The notes under the pieces were generated by a model. The model had not been told where the DNA came from. It saw only the letters and a program-made list of their open reading frames with translations, and searched no databases. From assembly GCA_029379265.1 (NCBI GenBank), contig JAQYWN010000001.1, forward strand, positions 1 through 32,000: DNA of 32,000 bases, in the 5' to 3' direction. Shown here piece after piece: positions 1 through 8,403 of this stretch (positions are counted from its first letter, which is position 1; each line of letters starts with the position of its first letter). The stretch comes from Rhizonema sp. NSF051 (lineage in GTDB: Bacteria > Cyanobacteriota > Cyanobacteriia > Cyanobacteriales > Nostocaceae). A program made the position numbers and the translations under genes.

Positions 1-29
1 TTTATTAAGAGTATCAACAACTGTGATTT

Positions 30-59
30 TTTACAAATGATTTAGGATTGCTATAGTTG
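30..59 (+). promoter_or_regulatory. Promoter-like 30-mer, TTTACA-N16-TATAGT; copy A of a dispersed motif
   Basis: TTTACAAATGATTTAGGATTGCTATAGTTG matches 5684-5713 at 27 of 30 positions. It contains a -35-like TTTACA and a -10-like TATAGT separated by 16 nt. Confidence 0.35.
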
Positions 60-101
60 ATGAGACTATCAAATAAATCGGGAATCAACAATTAACTCAA
101 T

Positions 102-157
102 CGGGCATTTCTCCCGACGCCTCATTTGGTACATTTCAGCGTCGGGAGGAATGCCCG
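102..157. other. Strong stem-loop: 18-bp arms with 1 mismatch, 18-nt loop
   Basis: GGGCATTTCTCCCGACGC (103-120) pairs with GCGTCGGGAGGAATGCCC (139-156). It lies about 45 nt downstream of the promoter-like 30-mer and is followed by GTTTG. Confidence 0.5.
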
Positions 158-377
158 GTTTGAAAAGTCGCGTCCTCTAATACCATTTCACTTTAAAGTT
201 GATACATTTAGGCTTGCAGGGGAAGCAGTTCTTGAGCGAATAGTATCAAGATTTTCGTGAAGTGGTATAACTGAATTCCACCACAGGTAGAAAAAGGCGG
301 AAGACTCGGATAGTTGAAGCTGTAACTGATAGCAACGATTCTCCAAACGGCGGTAGAAAAATGAGTACAGACAATAG

Positions 378-683
378 GGAAAATATTATGCGGTTTTCGG
401 TGACCTTTTCTACATTATTCGTAAACATAAGGGTCGAGATTTAGCCCATGAGTTCTTGAGAGAAATAGTCACCTTCTGCCAAGTTGCCACAGTAGACAGT
501 ACCATAATCAACGTGGCGCTAACTGTTAACTTCAAAGATTTTGAAGATGCTATTCAATACAGCACAGCGGTTCTTAATCATTTAGATGCTATTATTACTC
601 GCAATCCCAGAGATTTTCCGGTAACGATTCCAAGAATAATTACCCCTGAACAGTTAATTCAAGAATTAAGCAATCCTCGATAA
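378..683 (+). pseudogene. PIN-domain (VapC-like) toxin, C-terminal fragment only
   Basis: The translation ...FKDFEDAIQYSTAVLNHLDAIITRNPRDFP... is a typical PIN C-terminal signature. The frame is open only back to a TAG at 375-377, there is no ATG, and the N-terminal acidic DxN motif region is absent from this frame. Confidence 0.5.
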
Positions 684-822
684 TGGAATACCTATTGATG
701 GGGCGATTGTACCTCTTCCCCGCAAAAACTCCTTTAGGCGTTGCCGCAGGCTAGACAGCACAACTACAAACTTTCCGCATGAGTGTTCAACCAAACTTGA
801 TATGACTATAGCTCTTTATCGA

Positions 823-855
823 AAACATACCCGACTTTTTTTGTCGGGTATGTTT
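823..855. other. Perfect 13-bp stem-loop with a T7 loop
   Basis: AAACATACCCGAC ttttttt GTCGGGTATGTTT, immediately upstream of and abutting the predicted thrC promoter. It may be a terminator or insulator for the upstream remnant. Confidence 0.4.
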
Positions 856-882
856 GACGTGTATTTTGGCTCGTGATAGTAT
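854..882 (+). promoter_or_regulatory. Sigma70-type promoter for the thrC-like gene
   Basis: TTGACG (854-859), a 17-nt spacer, then TAGTAT (877-882), about 40 nt upstream of the ATG at 921. A GGAGAAGGAG RBS lies at 908-917. Confidence 0.5.
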
Positions 883-920
883 CAAACGACAGTTGATGGT
901 AAACCAGGGAGAAGGAGAAT

Positions 921-2225
921 ATGACTCAGGCGATTGAAACCCATAACCAAGCAACCACTGGCAACCTTAAAGCATTGAAGTGCAAGGAATGTGGCACTGA
1001 ATATGAACTCGAAGCAACTCATGTTTGTGAGTTATGCTTTGGTCCATTGGAGGTTAGCTATGACTATAACGCCATACGTCGCACGGTTTCTCGGGAAACG
1101 ATACAAGCGGGACCAAATTCAATCTGGCGTTACCGTCCGTTTTTACCTGTGGCAACGGACAATGTCATAGATGTGGGAACTGGTATGACTCCCTTGGTTC
1201 GTTCCAATCGCTTGGCACGTCGCCTTGGTTTAAACAAACTGTATATCAAGAATGATGCCGTTAACATGCCTACCCTCAGCTTCAAAGATAGGGTGGTGTC
1301 AGTCGCCCTCTCTCGGGCACGGGAATTAGGCTTTACCACCGTTTCTTGTGCTAGCACCGGGAACTTGGCAAACTCTACTGCGGCGATCGCCGCCCATGCT
1401 GGTTTAGACTGCTGTGTCTTTATCCCAGCCGATTTGGAAGCAGGTAAGATTTTAGGTAGCTTGATTTACAGTCCTACTCTCATGGCTGTTAAGGGCAATT
1501 ACGATCAAGTAAACCGTCTGTGTTGTGAAGTCGCAAATACACAAGGTTGGGGTTTTGTCAATATTAACCTGCGTCCTTACTACTCAGAAGGTTCCAAAAC
1601 TCTTGGCTTTGAAGTGGCAGAACAACTGGGTTGGGAACTCCCTGACCATATTGTTGCACCTCTAGCATCAGGGTCATTATTTACTAAGATTTATAAAGGC
1701 TTCAACGAATTTGTGGAAGTTGGTTTGGTAGAAGGCAAGAACGTTCGGTTCAGTGGCGCACAAGCAGAAGGATGTTCACCCATTGTCGAAGCATATAGAG
1801 AAGGACGGGACTTTATCAAGCCAGTGAAGCCGAATACAATTGCGAAATCCATTGCGATCGGCAATCCAGCAGATGGGATATACGCTGTAGAGATAGCCAA
1901 GAAAACTGGCGGTACGATAGAATCAGTAACTGATGCAGAAATCATTGAAGGCATGAAGCTGCTGGCAGAAACCGAAGGTATCTTTACCGAAACAGCTGGT
2001 GGTACAACCGTTGCCGTGTTGAAAAAACTGGTAGAAGCTGGCAAGATTAACCCAGATGAAACTACAGTGGTATACATCACCGGAAACGGTTTAAAAACTC
2101 AAGAAGCCGTACAAGGTTATGTCGGCGAACCTTTAACAATTGAGGCGAAACTCGATAGCTTTGAACGAGCGCTAGAACGTTCCCGGACACTTGATCGCCT
2201 AGAATGGCAGCAAGTTCTTGTTTAA
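921..2225 (+). CDS. thrC: Threonine synthase family PLP enzyme with an N-terminal CxxC-x11-CxxC zinc ribbon
   Basis: 434 aa. It has the PLP-lysine motif LSFKDRV, a beta-family PLP fold pattern (GNLANSTAA, ASGSLF, ITGNGLK) and an N-terminal CKECGTEYELEATHVCELC. A strong RBS precedes the start. Confidence 0.85.
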   Translation: MTQAIETHNQATTGNLKALKCKECGTEYELEATHVCELCFGPLEVSYDYNAIRRTVSRETIQAGPNSIWRYRPFLPVATDNVIDVGTGMTPLVRSNRLARRLGLNKLYIKNDAVNMPTLSFKDRVVSVALSRARELGFTTVSCASTGNLANSTAAIAAHAGLDCCVFIPADLEAGKILGSLIYSPTLMAVKGNYDQVNRLCCEVANTQGWGFVNINLRPYYSEGSKTLGFEVAEQLGWELPDHIVAPLASGSLFTKIYKGFNEFVEVGLVEGKNVRFSGAQAEGCSPIVEAYREGRDFIKPVKPNTIAKSIAIGNPADGIYAVEIAKKTGGTIESVTDAEIIEGMKLLAETEGIFTETAGGTTVAVLKKLVEAGKINPDETTVVYITGNGLKTQEAVQGYVGEPLTIEAKLDSFERALERSRTLDRLEWQQVLV

Positions 2226-2365
2226 TTAGTAGATGGTAGTTAGTGGTGAATAGTTAAATAGTAGTTGGTCGTCAGTGAAATAACCAATACCTTATAACTA
2301 ACACTCAGCAACTACCAACTAATAATTAACACCCAGCAACTAACACCCAAAAACTAACACCCAAC
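2226..2365. repeat. Intergenic block of inverted 14-bp tandem repeats (STRR-like)
   Basis: Five tandem 14-mers occupy 2296-2365: AACTAACACTCAGC, AACTACCAACTAAT, AATTAACACCCAGC, AACTAACACCCAAA, AACTAACACCCAAC. A TAGT/GGT-rich inverse version occupies 2226-2275. Paired segments include 2235-2241 with 2310-2316 and 2251-2256 with 2295-2300. Confidence 0.7.
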
Positions 2366-2366
2366 A

Positions 2367-2639
2367 ATGATAAAAGTTTTAGTTCCCACTGCTTTGCAAA
2401 AGTTCACAAATAATCAAGCCATGCTAGAATGCAGTGGCGGTAATATTACCGAACTATTCGACTCTCTAGAAAAAAGCTGTCCTGGTATCAAATCGCGGTT
2501 GTGCGATGATGGAGGACAGCCAAGAAGGTTTTTGAATTTGTACGTGAATAGCGAGGACATCCGCTTTTTGCATGGAACAGACACACGATTAAACGATGGT
2601 GATGAAGTGAGTATTGTCCCGGCTGTAGCTGGTGGTTGA
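2367..2639 (+). CDS. MoaD/ThiS-family sulfur-carrier protein (ubiquitin-like, C-terminal GG)
   Basis: 90 aa ending ...[14 protein letters not shown] directly before the stop codon. Size and C-terminal pattern are typical of MoaD/ThiS/CysO beta-grasp carriers. Confidence 0.8.
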   Translation: MIKVLVPTALQKFTNNQAMLECSGGNITELFDSLEKSCPGIKSRLCDDGGQPRRFLNLYVNSEDIRFLHGTDTRLNDGDEVSIVPAVAGG

Positions 2640-2728
2640 TTTAGGGAGAAAGGAGGAAAACAGAACAATAACTGCAAGCCTCCTGTAGAGACGCTCCACT
2701 TTGTTGCGTCTCTATACTTTTGTGGCTC

Positions 2729-4228
2729 CTAACTCTGCTCCTCCCCACTCTTTCTCTTAAACCCTTTCAACGTGTCATACGTGTAGCCGTATTTTCGGAA
2801 ATTGAGAGTGGTTGCAGGTGTTACAATATCGTCTGGGGAAAAAGAAGGTATATATGATAGTAAATTTCCCGGACCCCAATTTGCTGGCGTGGACTCACCT
2901 CCGTCCCAAGGCCACAAGCGATCATTGAGATTCTCTCCGTAATGTCCACCTTCTGATGGATAGTAATTACTACCTTCATGTCCCCTCTTCTGCCATTCAG
3001 CCCAGAGGCGATCAACATTGGAATGAATTAGCCAAAAGACTGGATCGTTGATAGAACTGGAAAGGTCAGCCATTGTACCTAGAGGAGAGGGACGACCGAC
3101 AGTAAAGTCAAACGTAGCGCCACCAATAAAGCTGTGGAAATAGTTATGCAAAAAGACACCCTGCGTTTGTTGACCTGTGCTGTCAACTTTGATAAATCCT
3201 TCTAAAGCTGGGCGAAAAGTGTTATAGTCATCGATTGCAAGAACTTGCTCGATGTCTTCTTTGGGAACAGGATAATTATTTGTGGGTGGTACTTTCAGAA
3301 AGCGTAAGATTGCGTTACCAAATGTTTCTCCGGTGGATGCCTTGAAATGTAGATCGGGAATTGCAACCCACCCATTATCTACTGTAAAAGGACCGGACAC
3401 AACAGGTCCCCCTTGAACACTAACTGTGGGGATGTTAGATGGTGGTCCTTGACCGTCGGAACCAGTCGTACCGGATGAATCAGGGATATTGGAGGGTGGT
3501 CCTTGAGCATCAGAACCCGTCGCACCAGAGAAATCTGAGAAGTTGGTGCTTGTTCCTTCACTGCCTGAAGCAGTCGTCGGTCCTGCATTTTGACCGTTAT
3601 CGAGTGGGACATTTAAAGTGACTCCTTGACCGTTTGGTCCCATAAAGTCATCACTAAAGACAACATCCAATGCTTGAGGATCTGTCCAATCCCAGTAGGG
3701 AATTGTCACATTGGGGTTGACTGATTGCAAGGCTTGTTCAAATCGGTAAACCAACTCGCGGTGCCACGGTAGTATGAGAGCACTTTCATGAGCACCGTCA
3801 TGTCCAGCCGCAGGACCTTGGGCACTGTCAAACATTAAACCCATTGCTCCCACATGTACTGCCACAAACTGGTCGTAAATACTGATATTACTACCGTCTG
3901 GGATTGTAGTTTTTAGTGTTCGCACGGCCTCAACAAATGCGCTTTTCTCTTCTGGTGTTAGGTCAAGAACATTCTTTCTGACATTTGCCGGATGACCGAT
4001 AATATTTCTGCTAGCAATCAGGTTACGATCTGGGAAGTTAACCTTGTTAATGGAATTAATGGTATTGTAGCGATCGCGATTCGCAATGCCTTTGAGTATC
4101 TGATTTGATATCTGTTGCTTGTCATGCGGAGCATTAAAAGAAGTTGCTGGAGTGCCAAAGATGACGACAAAGACAGCGACTATACCAGCAATGATTGCCG
4201 TTTTGATAGTTTTACGGTTAGCTTTCAT
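2729..4228 (-). CDS. Secreted or membrane-anchored tyrosinase / polyphenol-oxidase family type-3 copper protein
   Basis: 499 aa with an N-terminal hydrophobic anchor (AIIAGIVAVFVVIFG). CuA-like histidines lie in AVHVGAMG...HDGAHES...LPWHRE and CuB-like histidines in HNYFHSFIGG...FWLIHSNVDRLWAEWQ. A Gly/Ser/Pro-rich insert lies between the two copper sites. Confidence 0.8.
   Translation of the reverse strand: MKANRKTIKTAIIAGIVAVFVVIFGTPATSFNAPHDKQQISNQILKGIANRDRYNTINSINKVNFPDRNLIASRNIIGHPANVRKNVLDLTPEEKSAFVEAVRTLKTTIPDGSNISIYDQFVAVHVGAMGLMFDSAQGPAAGHDGAHESALILPWHRELVYRFEQALQSVNPNVTIPYWDWTDPQALDVVFSDDFMGPNGQGVTLNVPLDNGQNAGPTTASGSEGTSTNFSDFSGATGSDAQGPPSNIPDSSGTTGSDGQGPPSNIPTVSVQGGPVVSGPFTVDNGWVAIPDLHFKASTGETFGNAILRFLKVPPTNNYPVPKEDIEQVLAIDDYNTFRPALEGFIKVDSTGQQTQGVFLHNYFHSFIGGATFDFTVGRPSPLGTMADLSSSINDPVFWLIHSNVDRLWAEWQKRGHEGSNYYPSEGGHYGENLNDRLWPWDGGESTPANWGPGNLLSYIPSFSPDDIVTPATTLNFRKYGYTYDTLKGFKRKSGEEQS
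3429..3536 (-). repeat. In-frame 54-bp tandem duplication inside the tyrosinase gene
   Basis: Two 18-aa units, SGATGSDAQGPPSNIPDS and SGTTGSDGQGPPSNIPTV. The GGGAT unit starts are at 3429 and 3483. Confidence 0.7.
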
Positions 4229-4567
4229 ACTCTACACTTGACGATATTTTTAAATTCCAAGGTTTTTTTACGAACTCAACTAAAATTTCCAGTAGCGTTA
4301 GTATATAAATTTACATATTCTCAACAGGCAGCCAATATAAAATCTTTCGGAAAAACCTTCTATTCTTTCGCAATATGACAAAACGTCATACTTCACTGAC
4401 ATAGAAGGAAGCAATGATGATTTTCCATCGGCGCTTTATAAAGTCACTTGCCAAGACGAATTTTGAATTACAAGCGAACGGTTGCAGGCTCTCCTATGCC
4501 AAAATGAAAGTGACCGATACCTCAAGGTGAGCGATCGCTCTATTAGCTAAAAGGATTGACCTGAGCA

Positions 4568-5350
4568 ATGGCAGAAGAAACCAATCATAATGAAGCGGGA
4601 GAGGTAGCTCCCAGCACTGTTGACAAACAGGCACCCAGTGTCGCTGAAGAACACGCTCCCAGTACAGACTCCGACGTAGCGACAGACATTCCTACCGCTA
4701 ACACGCCAGATCCAAAAGCGGCAAATCCAGAAGTTAACCCAAACGCGGCCAAACCTGCACCCAAGCAAGAAAAGGCAGCAGCAGAACATAAGCCACCGAA
4801 AGCAGCCAAGGAAGCCGATGCCGGAGATGAGCCAGCAGCAGATAAAAAGGCCGCAGCAGAACGTAAGCCACCGAAAGCAGCCAAGGAAGCTGCTGCCGAA
4901 GATGAGCCAGCAGCAGAAAAGGAAGACGCCCTTGGAGATAAGCCAGCCAAGGCAGCAGCGAAGAAAGAAAAAGCTCCATCTGTAGAAGACAAGCCTTTTA
5001 CGGATTTCGTGCAGCAAGACTACATCCCTGCTTTGCAAAAAGCGATCGCCAAAGAAGGAGTGCAAGATTTAAACATAAATTTTGCCAAGCAAAAGGTACC
5101 TATCGCTGGCTTTGAAAAAACTGAAGATTGCTGGCAAATCATGGGGAGTTGGCAAAATGGTTTGCGCCAGTTCAACCTGTATTTTCCGGAAGAAAATATT
5201 CAAGGAAAAAAGGCTTTTTCCTGCAATGAAGGTAAAAAGCCCAGCACTCTGGAGTCATTCTTGATTGATGAGCGTAAAGTCTCACTTGATTTGATGGTGT
5301 ACGGATTGGTGCAGCGCTTGAACGGTCAGAAATGGTTGGGTAGAAATTAG
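4568..5350 (+). CDS. Conserved cyanobacterial protein: Ala/Pro/Lys/Glu-rich N-terminus plus a globular C-terminal domain (DUF2996-like, from memory)
   Basis: 260 aa. The C-terminal domain reads PFTDFVQQDYIPALQKAIAKEGV...GSWQNGLRQFNLYFPEE...LVQRLNGQKWLGRN. The antisense ORFs here are low-complexity artefacts. Confidence 0.7.
   Translation: MAEETNHNEAGEVAPSTVDKQAPSVAEEHAPSTDSDVATDIPTANTPDPKAANPEVNPNAAKPAPKQEKAAAEHKPPKAAKEADAGDEPAADKKAAAERKPPKAAKEAAAEDEPAAEKEDALGDKPAKAAAKKEKAPSVEDKPFTDFVQQDYIPALQKAIAKEGVQDLNINFAKQKVPIAGFEKTEDCWQIMGSWQNGLRQFNLYFPEENIQGKKAFSCNEGKKPSTLESFLIDERKVSLDLMVYGLVQRLNGQKWLGRN
4778..4927 (+). repeat. 2 x 75-bp in-frame tandem repeat (25-aa unit AAAE[H/R]KPPKAAKEA.A.DEPAA.K)
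   Basis: The GCAGCAGAAC unit starts are at 4778 and 4853. Confidence 0.7.
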
Positions 5351-5478
5351 TTTCACTTGTGACGTGTTAACTGTATAAGTGTTAACAGTTAACGCTCACC
5401 ATTTTATTACCTATGCCTAAAAAAATTACGACAGTTGAAGAAAAATCAAAGTAAAAATAGCTAATGCCACTTTGCGGA

Positions 5479-5523
5479 ATTAAAAATTAAAAAGCTTTGA
5501 TATAGGGCTTTTTAATTTTTAAT
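5479..5523. other. Perfect 17-bp AT-rich inverted repeat with an 11-nt loop
   Basis: ATTAAAAATTAAAAAGC (5479-5495) pairs with GCTTTTTAATTTTTAAT (5507-5523). It may be a weak bidirectional terminator downstream of the 4568-5350 gene. Confidence 0.35.
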
Positions 5524-5683
5524 GGTAACTCTATTTCGCCTTGGCGAACTAGTACAGCGTGGTAGAAAAAAGCAAACATTTAGAAATGTAGTAATCCTCT
5601 TTGAGATATGAACAGTTCGTTCGAGCTTTTGATAGTTAACACTTTACCATTGATTGTCAACTGTCTACAGTATGAACCTTGAG

Positions 5684-5713
5684 TTTACAAATCATTGAGG
5701 ATTGCTATAGATG
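5684..5713 (+). promoter_or_regulatory. Promoter-like 30-mer, copy B of the motif at 30-59
   Basis: TTTACAAATCATTGAGGATTGCTATAGATG, about 210 nt upstream of the NDH-2 start codon. Confidence 0.35.
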
Positions 5714-5923
5714 GAAATCTATCTTATGTATACTTATTTCTCTCTTGACGAATGACGGTGCTAAATGCTGACTCTAACTAAAGACAAGTTATCTAATTGC
5801 AATTTAGAGATTATCATGTTTACAAAACTAGTCAGTGAAGTCAGAAATTTTTGACTTAGGCGAGCACTCAAAATTAATTCTCTCCAACTGTAAATAGATA
5901 TACAAACGAGCAGGAGCCGGTGC

Positions 5924-7291
5924 ATGACGAATATCGTTAATCAAACTCTTATCCTTGGCGGAGGCTTTACAGGACTGTTTACAGCCTTGTACTTAAGTAA
6001 TCAACACTATCCTCGCTCAGTTATCCTCATTGATCGAGAGGAACGATTTTCCTTTAAGCCCTTACTCTATGAATATTGTACGGGTGAGATGAGTGCAGAG
6101 GAAGTTTGTCCGTCATATGAGGAATTGCTTAAAGATAGCGGTGTAGTTTTCATTCAAGATTCCGTAGAATCAATTGATATCCAGCAGAAAGAAGTCAAAT
6201 TAACTTCAGGTAGCTACAAGTACAGTAACTTAGTTTTAGGTTTAGGTAGTATCACGAGCTATGCTGGTGTAGAAGGTGCGAAAGAATACAGCTTACCTTT
6301 ACGCACAGCAACAGAGGTGCAAGCTATTGAGCGACAATTACATGATCGCCTGCAACAAGCCCGTCAAACCCGAGATACAGAACAACGACACCAACTGCTA
6401 ACATTCGTAGTTGTAGGTGGTGGACCTTCGGGTGTTGAAATGACTTGTACTTTAGCCGATCTGCTGCCTCATTGGTATGAGGCCTTAGGAGGCAATTCGC
6501 ATGAGATTCGGGTTGTGCTGCTCAATCATGGAGAGCAGATTCTTGAAGGAGACGTAAATGTAAATCTGCGTGGCACTGCCTTGCAAGCAATGCTTAAACG
6601 TGCTGTACCAGTAGAGTTACTTTTTGGAGCGAAGGTGAGTGCCGTTCGTGCTGATGCAGTTGAGTATACCCGCAATGAAAAGTCGGAAATAATACTAGCT
6701 TCTACAGTAATTTGGACGGCAGGCACGACAATAAATCCGTTGATTAAAGATTTACCAGTGCCAAAAGAACACCGTGATCACCATGGTCGTCTGCAAGTGA
6801 CACCCACATTACAATTACTCGACTATCCCGAAGTCTTTGCTGCTGGCGATTGTGCAGTGCAACAAGGTGGTGAATCGCTACCAGCAACAGCCCAGGTGGC
6901 ATATCAACAGGCAGCAGCGATCGCTCATAATCTTAAATCTTTGATTCTTGGTCATCAGCTCAAGCCATCTGAAGTTCATCTTCGTGGTACTCTGATGAAG
7001 TTAGGGATAGAAGAGAGTGTTGCTAACATCTTTGACCGTTACCAAGTTTTGGGCAGAAATGGTCACTTAATCCGTCAAGCAACTTACTTAGAAATGTTAC
7101 CGAGTTTACCTCATGACTTCAAAGTTACCAAGGAATGGCTCAAGGATGAGGTTTTTGACCGCTACTTAAATTCTGAGGAAGGCAAGCAAACGGTACGAAC
7201 AACTACAGAAGTCGTTGGTGGCGTCGTCATCGGTGCTCTTATTGCTAGGAAATTACTTCAAAATAAAGGTATTGACACTCACTCCGGCTAA
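5924..7291 (+). CDS. Type II NADH dehydrogenase (NDH-2, NAD(P)/FAD-dependent oxidoreductase)
   Basis: 455 aa with two Rossmann GxGxxG motifs (ILGGGFTGLFTA and VVGGGPSGVEM), AAGDCA and a hydrophobic C-terminal tail. The RBS CAGGAG lies at 5911-5916. Confidence 0.85.
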   Translation: MTNIVNQTLILGGGFTGLFTALYLSNQHYPRSVILIDREERFSFKPLLYEYCTGEMSAEEVCPSYEELLKDSGVVFIQDSVESIDIQQKEVKLTSGSYKYSNLVLGLGSITSYAGVEGAKEYSLPLRTATEVQAIERQLHDRLQQARQTRDTEQRHQLLTFVVVGGGPSGVEMTCTLADLLPHWYEALGGNSHEIRVVLLNHGEQILEGDVNVNLRGTALQAMLKRAVPVELLFGAKVSAVRADAVEYTRNEKSEIILASTVIWTAGTTINPLIKDLPVPKEHRDHHGRLQVTPTLQLLDYPEVFAAGDCAVQQGGESLPATAQVAYQQAAAIAHNLKSLILGHQLKPSEVHLRGTLMKLGIEESVANIFDRYQVLGRNGHLIRQATYLEMLPSLPHDFKVTKEWLKDEVFDRYLNSEEGKQTVRTTTEVVGGVVIGALIARKLLQNKGIDTHSG

Positions 7292-7313
7292 AGCTCGGAG
7301 GATTCTTAACGTT

Positions 7314-7344
7314 GTTGCTACGCGGTCTGAAGACGCAACTTTTT
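7314..7344 (+). terminator. Possible intrinsic terminator after the NDH-2 gene
   Basis: GTTGC (7314-7318) pairs with GCAAC (7335-7339), with an inner GTC/GAC pairing, followed by TTTTT (7340-7344). The stem is short. Confidence 0.35.
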
Positions 7345-7442
7345 AGACTTGTTCACAATTATTCGTTTTGGTCGAGACACAGCAGTGCTGGAAAGGATGA
7401 CAAAGCTATTAATTGGACAATTACTAAGTTTTGCAAAAAGTG

Positions 7443-8123
7443 TTACGCAGTCGCCGTTAAAACCCGTTCACAACGCATACGATACAACTTGGTTAGCGAA
7501 CTAAACACGTCATATCGTTTAGGGGTTGTCAAACACCCCTTACCCACCTTGACTAGGGAAATCCCTAGCTGTATGGCTACTTTGCGGATTATATTTGCCG
7601 CGCCGTTCAGATCCGAATTTACGAACCAACCTCTAGCGGTCTTATATTGACCACGACCTATGCCATCACCTTTTTTACCGCGCTTTCCAGAAGGTTTCCA
7701 ATTGGCGGGTTTTTCGCTGCCGTACACTGGTAAAAAGTCATTGTCTAGAAAGCTCGTTTTTGAGGTGTAACTCTCTTCGGTTTCGTGAAAATGTATTCCA
7801 ACTTCCTCACATAATTGTTTGATTCTTTCTTTTAACTTTGCTGTGGGTATCTGTACAAAGTTTTGATTGTTTCGGCTACCCAAAGTTACTTCGTTCTTAA
7901 CACCTTGACCCCAACCAAAGATTACATTACCGATGCGATGTTCTAGACAATGGTTAACCACAAATCTAGCTGTCTTGTTAACAGCATCTCTCATTACACG
8001 GTTGCGTTCTTCGGTCAGGAGGGCTAACTGGTCATCCCAGTATTTCTGGTCTTTCCCTTCTTTGTTTTTGGCTACAGCACGGTTGTATCTCTGGTTAATA
8101 GACTCCCTCCTGCAGCGCTGGAC
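7443..8123 (-). pseudogene. tnpB: IS200/IS605-family tnpB (RuvC-like nuclease), 5'-truncated remnant
   Basis: The frame is open from 8123 to 7443. The translation ...SINQRYNRAVAKNKEGKDQKYWDDQLALLTEERNRVMRDAVNKTARFVV...EESYTSKTSFLD...NSDLNGAANIIRKV carries the C-terminal TnpB RuvC motifs. At most 227 codons are present, against roughly 400 in intact TnpBs. No tnpA is present. Confidence 0.75.
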
Positions 8124-8403
8124 TCACCGCATGCGGGGAGGGGAGACAAAGCACACCGAAAAGCGGGGTGGGGTTTAGACGGAATTAAGGTTAATTTACC
8201 GGACATGAGACCACACCTCGCAAGGGGAGTAAGAAATTGAAAGAGCGCAGCTTCATGGAGAAACAATATAATTCTTAACCGTTAACAGCCCACAAGGGGG
8301 GAGTACACATATGAATTGAATGTCTGGAAGAAGAGACGCCAATGTTACAGTTGTGTTGATTCACGCCAACTTATCCTATAAATATAACTAGGAGTAGCGT
8401 TTG

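Noticed and set aside
246-428. A 60-aa minus-strand ORF overlapping the region upstream of the PIN fragment, considered as a possible antitoxin.
   Set aside because: It is hydrophobic and low-complexity, on the wrong strand for a vapB-vapC pair, and overlaps the open part of the PIN frame.
4547-5065. Long antisense or overlapping ORFs (4547-5065, 4585-4992, 4734-4979) opposite the Ala/Pro/Lys-rich gene. Similar antisense ORFs lie inside thrC, the permease, cas3', cas10d and the phosphatase gene.
   Set aside because: They are by-products of low-complexity or GC-skewed coding sequence on the opposite strand. They lack RBSs and motifs and sit fully inside better-supported genes.
8072-8266. A 64-aa minus-strand ORF upstream of the tnpB remnant, considered as the missing TnpB N-terminus or a separate gene.
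   Set aside because: Its sequence (Pro/Ala/Cys/Leu-rich) bears no resemblance to TnpB N-terminal domains. It is out of frame with the remnant and separated from it by a stop codon.
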